From Moniliella sp. 'wahieum' (taxonomy: Eukaryota), in NCBI GenBank assembly GCA_003971905.1, contig RSEE01000014.1, positions 1 to 64,000 of the forward strand: a stretch of DNA of 64,000 nucleotides. Reading direction: 5' to 3'. Below are positions 12,994-24,625 of this stretch, in pieces; within the stretch, counting starts at the first letter, position 1; each line of letters opens with the position of its first letter. The translations under genes were made by a program, and so were the position numbers. The notes under the pieces were generated by a model. The model was not told where the DNA came from. It searched no databases and was given only the letters and a program-made list of their open reading frames with translations.

Positions 12994-14300
12994 TATCACC
13001 TGACTGACGTTCTTGCGGGCCAAGAATGTGGATCAAACCACTTGCTACCTCTGCCTGGCATCCCTCCCCCCTTACCGGTTGTTCATTTTGCGGTTCGTGC
13101 TTGCAGCAACGCCTCCGCTATCTGTTTGTTTCGCTCGAGGCGGAGAAACGAATCCAGCACGGGCCAAACTCCCGTGGGTAGGTGAGCAGCAATGGCACGA
13201 GGAAAGTCATCCGGGGCGACGATCGGGGCAATGTTGTCGCTCAATAGTGGGACCAAGTTGACATCCCGAAGCCTGTCGCTTTGGTCAGATCACTGTTGCT
13301 CTCTCTCCTGTTGACTTTGCACCACCGACCAACGCATTGACTTGGGCAGCGAGGCGAACGTACGGGTGGACCAGGTGATCGGCAGCCAACCAGAGGGGTC
13401 CGAGCCGGCTCCTCGTCTGGCACAAGAAAAAGACCACGGCTTTGCTCGCCATAGCATACGAAGCTGCTGCCTCCTGTGACTACATCGCTTCGGTTCCTGG
13501 CTGATCGAGAAAGCCGAAGTGCTCGATCGGAACTGGAGGTCGGTGGTGCCCTCCAAACCAGCGTTTCGCTTTCCTGGCCAGGGGATCATGGCTGGGTTAC
13601 GGGGCATTCCGGCCACTATGGTAAAGCCCGACCGATCTCACAATCCGGAGCGAATTGAACGCTCCCACGCCACTGTCACCGTTGCTGAGGTCACGATTGC
13701 AAACGCAGGTACTCCAAGAGCCCATCCATATCGAACAGCCTAACCCATTGGCCTTCGGAGACAACGTGCGACGCCTATCCTACGTCGTTTCTGCCATTCG
13801 GCTCGCCTCTGTCCCTCCGGCACACGCGCTGTGCAAGAAGGAGATGAACGCCTTGTTCGACACGGAGGCCAAAGCAAAGCACCAACGTACAATCCTTGTG
13901 CAACGGGTGACTAGCTCTGTTCCCTTGGTTTTCGCTGCGGGTGACTACGCCTATATTAGTCCAGGGCTGCTTTGGCGTACTCCAAGTGGAGAGCAAGCTT
14001 CGGTTGCCATTGCGCATTCACCTTGCCGCTCGGACTCGCGCGGTGCGAGCTAAGGTATAAGGATCACCCCATCCAAATGCACCACTCCTTTAAGACATGG
14101 ACCAAGGGCCTTTTACTTGATTCCCCGCCGACTGCGTTGCCAAACCACAGCCTAGGAGGCGGACTATGCATTCGCGGTGCTTTGGCTGCCCAAGAATGCA
14201 CGACGAGCAAGATGTGTATCCGCAGAAACGTTCTGGACTGCATGCGCTACTTTAGTTGCGAAAGTGTCCAAGGCACTCTTGACTGGAGATGGAGCGGGCA
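12994..14300 (+). repeat. ~1.3 kb duplicated segment, copy 1; includes 28S fragment copy 2 at ~14122-14179
   Basis: Collinear with 17154-18400 from TATCACCTGACTGA...CAAGAATGTGGATCAAA to GTCCAAGGCACTCTTG. Confidence 0.85.
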
Positions 14301-14310
14301 ATACAAACTT

Positions 14311-16030
14311 GTTCCTTCTCCACGTTTCCACTCCACCGCCACTTTCTCCTCCGCCTTGCCCGCCGTCTGGAGGTTGTGGCAAATCATGTGGCCCTCTTCC
14401 GTGATGCGCGTGAACTAGGCCGGTGGGAACTAGCGTAACACCAACAGCTCAGGCGCGCGCGCCAAGCCAGGCAGTCGATGTCGGCTGTGCTCACCCACTC
14501 TGGCAGCCGAAGCTGTCCACCCGGCAGTTCCGATTCGGGTCCATTCGAGTGGTGGAGTGCGCTGTGCCCTCGCCGCCGGGCAGCACAATGGTGCGGCGTC
14601 GGTTCACAGAGGCGGCCGGTCGATTGGGAAGAGCGTATTTAGATCATCCGACGATGACGCAGTGTTCAACCTGCTTGCCCTGCCGAAGGCGGGCTTGCGG
14701 GGCGGCTCTTCGGCCGACGTTTGTGCCACCCTCAAGGCCTATCCGGAGGTGGTTTGGCCGCCAGCTATGGAGAAGGGCTCTGCAGAGCGCCAGCGTTCCG
14801 ATGATTTGACCTGTGCACACCGCCAGGTCAAAGAGGGAATGCTGGGCGTGCGGCGCGCACGTTGCATCCCCAGGATGCAGAGTGGGGTTTGGGCCGGAAA
14901 CGGTTGAGCCCTGCATGCGAAGCACCCTGCAGGCCCGAAGAACCCGCTAGCTGGTTTGGTGGTTCGGCACATGTCAGAGCGGGCCTCGCCTGGTTTAACA
15001 GGCGACACCGCAGCGGCGGACGCCGGTGAGCCAACCCCCCAAGGTTTTGGAGTTGGATGATAAGGACATCTATCGCGCAGCAAGCAGCTTCTCCGGGACG
15101 TGGGGGGAGGCGTGGGCGGATGGTCGGTGCCCCTTCTCGAGGGCTCTAAAGCACGATGCCTTTAGAGCGGCTCTAAAGCACGATGCCTTTAGAGCGGCTC
15201 TGAAAGCCATGGCGTGTGTCATGTTTCATGGGACGTGCCCCCGGGTGCTCAGCTGTTGTGCACCAGTAGGTTGACGGCACTTGCGAAGCCTGAGGGCGGA
15301 GTAAGACCGATCGCCTGTGGTGAGCTAATTTACCGCGTAATGGCCAAGGCACTTCTTCTTCATTTGGATGTGGTTACTCCTCTGCTCCACAAGCAGTTGG
15401 GCGTCAAGTCCAACGGTGTGGAGCGATTGTGCGGCTTATGGATCGTTTGGTTAGTGGGGAAGAGGGGATCCGGCTTGGGCCGTTCAACTATGTGCTGTCG
15501 TTGGATTTTCAGAATGCGTTCAACTCGAGCGACCGGGCAACGGTGGCCCAGGCGGTGAGTGACTATTCGCCCGAGCTCCTTCCTTTCTTTTGTTGGGCTT
15601 ATGGGAAGCACACCAGTTGGTGTTGGGTGATGCAGGCAGCTTTGGAACCCTCCTGAGCCAGCAGGGAGTGAGGCAGGGCGACCCCTTTGGTCCCTTCTTC
15701 TTCTCTGTCGGCATCCGCGGTCTGCTCGAACAGGCGCAGCGCGCGTTGGGCGACGATGGGTTGGTGGTGTCCTATTTGGGTGACACTTATGTGTTGTCGC
15801 GCAATGCCAATGCGCTGCAGCTGGTATCGCGTGTCGTGGCGCAGAGCAAGACGGGCTGGAACTCAATCTGAGCAAGACGAAGACTGTCTCGACGCAGAAG
15901 TTGCGTCTGGAGGCGGCACCCTCCTCGGCTCGTGCGTGGGTCCCAGAGCAGCTCGGCTCGCTTTTCTGCAGGCAAAGGTGGAGGCTTAGGCAGCGCTTTA
16001 CCTCATCTTGCACGGGATGCCGCTGCAGGC
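14311..16030 (+). mobile_element. CRE-clade non-LTR retrotransposon, copy 2 (N-terminal region plus RT), inactive
   Basis: FTEAAGRLGRAYLDHP, VFNLLALPKAGL, LAKPEGGVRPIACGELIYR, LDFQNAFNS and GVRQGDPFGPFFFS. The catalytic YLDD is mutated to YLGD. Confidence 0.9.
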
Positions 16031-16211
16031 AGATGCTGCTCGACTGCTCTGTTGTGCGGGACGAGCGCGTAGAACAGGTCGCGCGGCTGCGCTTCGTCCC
16101 CCTCGTTGTATCCCCCTGAAGAGGATGGAGACGGGGTTGATGAACCTCAATCTCGATTGGATACGGAACGTTGAAGTAACTCCCTCGCGCACCTAACCCA
16201 AGCTGTGCCAA

Positions 16212-16965
16212 GTGAATCCCCATCTCGCCCCTTGCCACTCGCAGCAATGTTGTGTCCCCATTGCTCCCCCCTTTGTTCTCCCTTCCCCAGCTCGGCCCCA
16301 CGCTCTGCTGTCTCACACAGACCGGCCAGCTCCTCTTCTCCCAGAGTGGCTGGGTGTTCCTCAAATGGCAACCGCATTGATCCCCACCCAGGACTTACCG
16401 AATGGGTCGAACGGCCCCCTTGTTCCAACAGCAGGCCCAAACTCTTCTCAGACTCACTTGCGGCGTGACTGCAAAGACCTCCACGATCCACAATCCTTTC
16501 CACACGGCGAACGCATTCCTCACCTCAACATTGCTCTGCCGACCGTCAGCGCAATTCATACTAAAGACGAAACGGACCATCCACGCAGCCCTACTCAATA
16601 CCGGGGCCATGATTGGCTCTATTGGTTTTACACGTACGACGACGACCCCCACCCACACTTCCCCTGGTATGATGTACTGACCGACGCGTTTCTGCAGGCC
16701 GGAACGTACAGGCACGCATATGCAGACGGAGATGGATCATCAAGAGTGTCCAAGCACTAGTGCAACAACATGGATCAAACCAGTGCCCGCTTTTCATTTA
16801 AGTGGGAGATATTGGTGGTTCGGCATCGCTTCGCACTTGGGCATCCCCCAACAAGATGACGCTGTGGATGCTGCCAAGTCATATGCTTCCAGGCTCCGTC
16901 TCGTCTTGGGGCGAATATTTTACTGTTGCTTAGTAGAGTGCCCTCCCCACTCTTCTCCCAGATGA
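16212..16965 (+). CDS. Hypothetical protein or relic (aromatic/Asp-rich), frameshifted
   Basis: Protein-like ORF (HDWLYWFYTYDDDPHPHFPWYDVLTDAF) that probably continues into 16720..16965. No motif recognised. Confidence 0.3.
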
Positions 16966-17153
16966 GAATCAAGTCCAAGGGACAGTACGGCAGATTGTGC
17001 GTCAGCTGGGCACTTCATTACAGAAGGCGATCGAGGCGAAGGGCCCGAGTAAACAAGAACAGGTTCCAATGTATAACGTGGCTCAACTTCAAACACAGCG
17101 TACAAGATGTGCAAGCGCAACATCCCAAGATCGTGGGCTTCTGTTGGGGATAG

Positions 17154-18400
17154 TATCACCTGACTGATGCTCTTGCGAGTCAAGAATGTGGATCAAAAAC
17201 CACTGCCTACCCCTGCCTGAAATCCCTCCCGTTGCCCCACCGGTTGTTCATTTTGCGGTTCGTGCGTGCAGCAACCCCTCCGCCATCTGTTTCGCTCGAG
17301 GCGGCAAAACGGATCTAGCACGGGCCAAACTCCCCTGGGCAGGTGAGCCGCAATGGCACGAGGCAAGTCATCCGGGGCGACGATTGCGGCAATGTGGTCG
17401 ATCAATGGTAGAGCCAAGTTGGCATCCCGATGCCCGTCGGTTTGGGCAGATCAGTCTTGCTCTCTCCTCTTGACTTTGCTCGACAGACCAGGGCATTGAC
17501 TTGCAGAGAGAGGTGAACGTATTGGCGAACGAGCTCATCGGCTGTGATGTCGGGGCATAAGAGCCTGCTCCTCGACACGGCGCAAGGAAGAGACGGCGGT
17601 TTTTCTCACCCGTCAGCATACGAAACCGTTGCCTCCCGCGATTACACCGATTTGGCTCCTGGCTGATCGAGAATGCAGAAGGGCTCGATCAGAGCTGGAG
17701 GTCGGGGGTGCCCTCTAATCCAGCGCTCGCTTTTCCTGGCCACGGGGTCATGGCTGGGTTGCGGGACATTGCTGGGTTGCGAGACATTGCGGCCACTATG
17801 GTAGAGCCCGACCCATCCAACAATCCGGAGCGAATTGGACGCTCCCACATCACTGTCGCCCGCACTCAGATCACGATGGCTAAAGCAGGTGCTCCAAAGA
17901 ACCCATCCATATTGAACGGCCTAACCCTTTGGTCATTCGGGGACAAGACGTGCGACGCCTATCCTGGGCCGTGCCTGCCATCCACTCGTTGCCGCCCCGC
18001 CGGCACACGCGCTGTGCAAGAAGGAAATGATCACCTTGTTCGACGCGGAGGCCAAAACAAAGGGCCAACGCACAATTTTAGTGTAACGGGTGTTTAACTC
18101 TGTTCCCTTGGTCTTCCTTGAGGGTGACTACGCCTGTGGTTAGTCCAGGGCTGCTTTGGCACACTTCCAGTGGAGAGCAAGCGTTGGTTGTCATTCCCAT
18201 TCGCCTTGCCGCTCGGAGTCTTGCCTGTGCGAGCAATGGTATACCTGCCGACCATGTTGCAAAACCACAGCCTGGGAGCCGGGCTAGGCATTTGCGGTGC
18301 TTTGGCTGCTCAAGAATACAAGACGAGCAAGATGTGTATCCGCAGAACGTTCTGGACTGCGCTCTACTTTGGCCACGAATGGGTCCAAGGCACTCTTGGT
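17154..18400 (+). repeat. ~1.3 kb duplicated segment, copy 2; includes 28S fragment copy 3 at ~18244-18299
   Basis: Collinear with 12994-14300. Contains TTGCAAAACCACAGCCTGGGAGCCGGGCTAGGCAT. Confidence 0.85.
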
Positions 18401-19109
18401 GTACGACTCCTCGGCTAGCACTGCAGTGCGTCCAGTCAAATTGGTGTGGTGGCCTCGTTTTGCTCTGAAATTCGGCGTAAGGAGGTGGCTCGAGCCCCCA
18501 ACCTCGCCATCAGGATGGTACCCGAAAATGGTGAGGTCCGTTGCCGACCCCGTTCCCGTCACGCCGCCAATTGCCCAAGCTGGGCCGAAAGTAGCCAGCC
18601 AGCGTAGTGGGCCGGGCGGCCGGGCGCACCCTAGGGCCTCGTGAGCTGGGCGGGATGGAGCGTTGTGTCGGTCGTCCTTGCTTGAGGGGCATGTTTCTGT
18701 GATGGTCGGCTCTGGCTCGCGACGTGAGGGACCGTACTCACGCGTTCCCTGGGTTTTCTTCGTACGTTCATTCCCCCAAACAGCCGGTCGGCATGGAATG
18801 CATGAGAACCACACCCTACCCGACTGTTGTTCCTCTGGTCTATGCCCTCGCTCGAACGAGGCGATGGTGGGTAGTGGGATGTTGATCCGTCTCTGGGCGG
18901 GATGTGGGTCGGGGGCAGGGCGGGAGGGGGCAGCTGTGGTGGCAGCAGACGCAGTCCGAGCGGTGCTTCGATACAGGCGGCGGGGGGTCACCGGTCACCG
19001 GTCACCGGTCACCAGAGCAGGATTGATTGCACGATTGAAACTTGAAACGATCCTGTGGCGGGTAAACCAACAGGCCGCTGGCGCCTCCTGACACGGCCAA
19101 GTTGACCTG

Positions 19110-19885
19110 ATCCCTTCTCCATCTTTCCACCACCTCCTTCTCATCCGCCTTGCCGCCGCCTGGAGTTTGTGGCGAAGCGTGTGGCCTGCCGTGGTGAGTG
19201 TGCCAGCGGCACGGTGGGAACTTGCGTAACATCGCCAGCCGCTATGCCAGGCAGCCGTGGGCTCAGCTCAAACGTACCACCGAAGCGGACACCTGGCAGT
19301 TCTGATTCAGATCCATTCGAATGATGGAGCGCGCAGCAGGCTCGCGGCCGGCCAGCGCGATGGTGCCGCTTCTATTCAAACAGGCTGCGGGTCGCTTGGG
19401 AATTGCCTATCCAGATCATCTCGACGATCGCGATGCGTTTAAGCTGCTTGCTCCTTCCGAAGGCGGGCAGGCCCGGAGGCTCCTCGATCGACGTTTGCGC
19501 CTCTCTCAGGGCCGATCCCGAGGGGGCCTGGCCACCAGCGATCGATTTTGGCCGCGTGCGCACCGCCAGGTCAAAGCAGGCGCCCTAGGGCGGACGACGC
19601 GGCGGTGAGGTTGGGCCACAGGCGGCTCTGCGCCCTCGTTGCACGGGTTGCCGCTGCAGGACCGTCTGCTTTGTTGCGGGGGGCTCTGCAACCGAATATT
19701 CGGCACCTGCCCCGTTCAATGAGGGCGGAGGATCCGGCGGACCAGCTCCAGCAGATGGACAAGTAGCTCTGGCGTGATGTGAAGGCAATCCGGGAGGCGC
19801 GGATCCGAGAGTGTTGCGGCTGGTCAGAGGTGGGACAAAGCTCTTTTCTCCTTGCCAACCCGTATGGGTGGCTTAGGCTTTCGAG
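19110..19885 (+). mobile_element. CRE-clade relic, copy 3, RT core deleted
   Basis: LFKQAAGRLGIAYPDH, LLPKAG and AHRQVKAGALG are joined directly to the post-RT segment LQPNIRHLPRSMRAED...GGLGF. The start aligns with 14311. Confidence 0.8.
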
Positions 19886-20830
19886 TGCCAACAGTGATGG
19901 TATTCCGGTTGCTCTATTCAAGGCACTGGTAAGACGGGTTTGGATATGGTGCCTTCCATTGCAGTGGGCCTGCTGGTATCCCTGATGCGACTGGGCTCAT
20001 ATCGCGCCTGTCCCCCGCGGTGGTGCTGCGGCCAGGATGGTGTTGACGTTTCCATCAAGGTACTCTGTGAGGCGGTGGGGCATCTCGTCGGCCCGCTTTT
20101 GGAGCCTGTTCGCATGCGACAAGTCTATAGCGCCACCCTATTCATTTCGGTCATTCGGCCGCGCCGAAGTGCGAGACGTGCCAATACAGTTTCCCTTTTT
20201 CTGCGCCACATTGGCACTGCTACTACATCCACTTGCTGTTCATCATGTACGGGACCACCAACCCTTGTTCTCCAGTGACGTATGACCAGGCCGCCAAACA
20301 GGTACCAATACGCTCGGCGCAGGACAATAGCCGATGGATGAAGCAAGTGATCGCCACCCTATACTCTGCGGCATTTCCTCCGCCGCCGATCAAACACTTC
20401 TCCAGGCAATGACAAGCTCGAATGGTGGCGGGGAAGGTTGGCCAGGACCCACTGTCTACGGTGACCGGGGCGTGGGTGATGAGAAAACCGGACAGGCGTT
20501 GCAAGATATCGATGACCATTAGGAAGATGTGGGTCGAATCTTGGCCAGCTTCTGCCGCGACCTGGTGCAGGGGAAGACGGGGTTGCGCACCTGCAGATCG
20601 CCTCGCGCAAGCCCAAGGAATGTGGGTCAGTCATGGGGGTGTACCACCTGCTGGATGAGAAGCTGAGCTGGGTTGACTGCCCCTCGTGATGTGCTTGGTC
20701 GCGGTACCCGCCTCTCTGGGCTTACCGACCTAGGTTGGGCCCGGTGCGCCAATTTGGTCGGTGTGCACGTGTTCATGTTCTCTGCGGGGGCCCAAGTTGC
20801 TGACATTTCGCATTGGTGAGGAGTAGGCTG
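19885..20830 (+). pseudogene. Decayed copy of the unidentified gene family, fused to CRE relic
   Basis: Aligns with 9545-10500. Intron-like segment at 20247-20301. Confidence 0.55.
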
Positions 20831-22989
20831 TTCCATCCGTCACCCGCACCACCAGCACTCTATGGTGGGTATGTAGGTGCCCGAAAACGATGAGGCTGGC
20901 CCAAGGTCTCTTCCCTTCACGGCCTGGTTACATAGCCGCGGTGGACGATGGTTGGCCGGGCCGAACGCGCATGAAGCGCCTGATGTGCCAGACGGGGGGT
21001 AAGGGTTAACTTGTTTCTGACGGTCATGGTTGCCGGGCGTGTTCGTTTGATCATTGACTCTGGCTTGCGTCGTGAGCGACCTTAGTGACAGCACTAATGG
21101 GTTGTCTGCGCATTGCTTCGTACGTCCATCCTCCCAAGCGGCCAGTGTGTGTAATGCATGAATCCCTTAGAACGCGGCTTTTGCTTGGATCCACACTGAA
21201 GGGTGTGGGGGGGGCAAGCGGATGGTATATAGTCGGATGGTCTATTGGTGTCTGGACGCGAGGGGGGCGGGATCGGGGACAAGGAGGGCAGCTGGCGGTG
21301 GCAGCAGACGCCCGGCGAGTGTTTTGCTTGTCGATGTGGACGGTGGAGGTCGCTTGCGTCGTGGTAAATTCCGCGAATGAAGCAATGCAATGGCTGGTGG
21401 TCGATTCGACCCCAACAAAGTGGGTAGCCCGGTTGAGCGTCGAACGCCCACCAGGTCCGGCTCCCGGCTCCACCATCGCCCCCTCCCACTCCATCCCCGC
21501 CAGTCCAACTCCTGCCGATCCATCTCGTATCCTTACCCACGGCATGCAATTTTTTGGGGCGCTGGCACGACCGTGTGTGGCCCCCGGGCGTGATGCACAG
21601 ACACGATGCGGGGGAGAACGCGCATGGCGGTGCTGGCGCACTGGAGGCAAGCTGAACCCGGGCCGCCGAAGCGTGCCCAGCGGTCCTGATCCAAACCAAG
21701 TCGGCCCACCAACACCATTCCAAAAGCAGCGGCTGCGAGGTCGTGGACAAACCAAATCCATGCTGGACCGCCCCTCAAGTGTGGCCTCGCCGAGGGTGTA
21801 AGAAAGGGGGGGACCATGACCATCTTTGGCTCACTCAGTGCCTCGCAACACCTATCTTCCAACACCAGCCAAGGGAATACACTTGTCCACCCTCATCCCT
21901 GTCTTCCCCTCTCCTGGACCCTCCATTACCCTCCTTTTCCCAAATCTTGAGGTGGGCGGTCCAATGGCACGTGGGGCACGCCTGAGAGTCTACAGCTCAT
22001 CCCAACTGCAACACGCATCACCCCTCCCTCATCCTGCACCGTGTTGCCTCCAGTACATTTCCTGCTACCCTGTTCTGACGGCACGACAGGTGAACAAGCA
22101 TATGTAAGGTACTGCATATGGATTGCCCCAGGCCCAAAACCGAATGGAGAAGATTCGAGTCGTGGCGTCTACGGTGGCGAGAAGTGTACGTTGGCAGAGG
22201 TCGGAAACGTGGGAAGGAACCAATCTCACTTCGAAAAAACACAAGCCACAACAAGGCCGAAACAAGGAACGCAACAAGGATCATGAACCGTTGGAGTCGG
22301 GGCTTACCAGGACATGTTGATCCGTTGACGGCAAAGAACGAGCGCAGCACACGAGTCCGTTGGTGGGTGGCCGAAGGTGATCCGTGGCTGTATAGGTAAG
22401 AAAACGAGGAAAGAGGTGGAGGCGGTACGTTGGTGAAATGACGTCCTAACTAACCCGGTACAGAGAGTTGGTCGCTGGCATGCCCGTCTCATTTTCGTTC
22501 CACCCCGGTCAACCATCCATCGTTTGTCAGTCGGGAACGACCACCGGTCCGCTCATGACCGTCTCCCGCCTCTCGATGGCGACTGCCCCATTCACAGCTG
22601 TTACACATCCCCATTGCCCCTGTCAGTTGACATGACTATCAAAAGTCCAGGGCCAAAGCTTGCGATATGTGGGTGTCCCCGCCTCGTACTCCTGTGCATG
22701 GTCAGCTTTATATTGCCCTCCCCCCCCGTCCCCTCCCGCCGCTAGCTCGAACAAATCGCTTTTTCGCGCCTGCTGCGACCATCCGCAGCACAGTTTGTCC
22801 GCTGGGCATGGCTTATGTCCGGGAGGGACGCCGGAAGAATCCTAGCCAACACTGCTCCCGAGAAAACGATGTCGAGTACACCTCTTTCATATGACAATTG
22901 GGCCACTTGGGCTGTCAGGTCATTGGTAACGCACGGCAGCACATAGATGATGGGGTGCTAGATAGTACACAGTTCCGGATAAGCATCCT

Positions 22990-23205
22990 CCCGGCAATGT
23001 TTGCGCGTGGCTCTGCAGCAGAACCTGCGGCACCTGCTCAGCTCGATGCGGACAGAGCGCCTGGCGGACCAGCTCCACCAGCTCGACGAGCAGCTTGGCG
23101 CGAGGTCAAGGCAATCGGGGGAGCGGACCCGAGCGCTGAGGATGGTCAGAAGTGTGGGACAGGGCTCTTTTCTCCTTGCCAGCCGAATGGGCGGCTTAGG
23201 CTTTC
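22990..23205 (+). mobile_element. CRE-clade relic, copy 4 (post-RT fragment)
   Basis: RVALQQNLRHLLSSMRTERLADQLHQLDEQL...RMGGLGF, homologous to copy 1 RSCLQHNLRHLLRCMRTDDLVDEL. Confidence 0.8.
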
Positions 23206-23800
23206 GGGTGCCAACAGTGGTGGCATTCCGGTTGCTTCTACCCACAGTTCACTGGTAAGGCGAAGGTTGGATATGGCGCTTTCATTGCAGTGGGACTGCT
23301 CGTACCACCAATGAGACTGAGCTCATATCGCTTCTGCCCCACGTGGTGGTGGTGCGGCCAAGATAGATAGGATTGACGCTACCATCAAGGCACACGTAAC
23401 GCGCGTGTGTGGCACTTCGGCGGTCCGTTTCTGTTGCATGTGTCCATTCGACACGCCCATCTCTCCCGCGTCCTTCCTGCCTTATTGTCACGTCGAGGTG
23501 CCAGACGTGCAAATGCCTTTTCACACTGTCATGCACGATGTACATACTATTCGTTCATCATGTACGAAAACCACCCACCAAGTCTTCTGTGCGGTGATGT
23601 GCTGACCAGTGCGCTAAACAGGTACGATAGCTAGACGGTGGAGAATAGCCGATGGAGAGACAATGATCGCCCCCGCTATCTGCCGAGGTGTTCCCTCCGC
23701 ACCAGATTAAAACACCCTGCCAGGCAACGGCAACCTCAGATGGGGGGGGCAGGCTTGTCGTGGCCCGCTACTGCCGCCGTGTTAACCCCGGTCATTGTGC
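23205..23800 (+). pseudogene. Decayed copy of the unidentified gene family
   Basis: Aligns with 19885-20470 and 9545-10140. Intron-like segment at 23562-23621. Confidence 0.5.
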
Positions 23801-24625
23801 ATGAGAACAACAAACAGGCACAGCAAGAAGTTAAGGCTACAAAAGCCGGGGGACGGTAGCCGCCGACAGAGCGGAGGCCAAGACCTGGTGGGCAAGGCTG
23901 GGTTGTCTCTCTGAGGGCGTTGCTTGTGGGATGTGTTTGGTTGGTGATGGCTGTGGTTTGCGGCTTGAGTGCCCGCGCGCATGCACATGCCGCCCCACGC
24001 GTTTCTCTGCGTTTTCGTCGTCGTACGTCCATCCTCTGTGACGGGGTGGCTGGCTTCCCAGGCGGAGACCTTCCCTGCCCATCGGAGACGGTACTCACGG
24101 AGGACTGAACGCGTTTCAGATCCAAAGTCCAAGGCTCACTGGCGTGAACGAAGGAGGGTCGGGAGTGGTGCTTTGCGGTGCGTCGAGCAGAGCCTGAGCA
24201 GCGGTCTGCAAGCAGAGGTTGCGAAAGGTGCCGCGGTCTGCGAGCAGAGGTTGCGTGTGTAGGGGCTGACGCGAAAGCGGTGTGCTCCGATGGGCGAGGG
24301 AGGGCGAGCGAGCTGAACGAGAGGTGTTGCTTCTAGAAGTGGAGAGCCTAGAAGAAGGGTGAAGGGGAAAGAAGCCGAGAAGCGATAGAGACGATAAGGA
24401 AGTGGAGGCGGCTGTGCAATAGCATGGGCGTTCCATTTTTAAATGAGGCGGACATTGTGAGACGGCGGTAGTTCATGATGCATGATGCATGATGCACTGA
24501 ATTTGAAAGCGGACTGTTGGCCTGCCAAATAAATCCCCAGTGTGTTGCTGCCCCCTCTGCGGGCTGCCTTCTGTCCCCCTCCACCCCATCCCGCGCCTCG
24601 CCTCGCCCATGCCCAGAGGCTGGCG

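Noticed and set aside
14140..14170. NHSLGGG as a lipase GxSxG motif
   Set aside because: It is simply the translation of the 28S-derived fragment.
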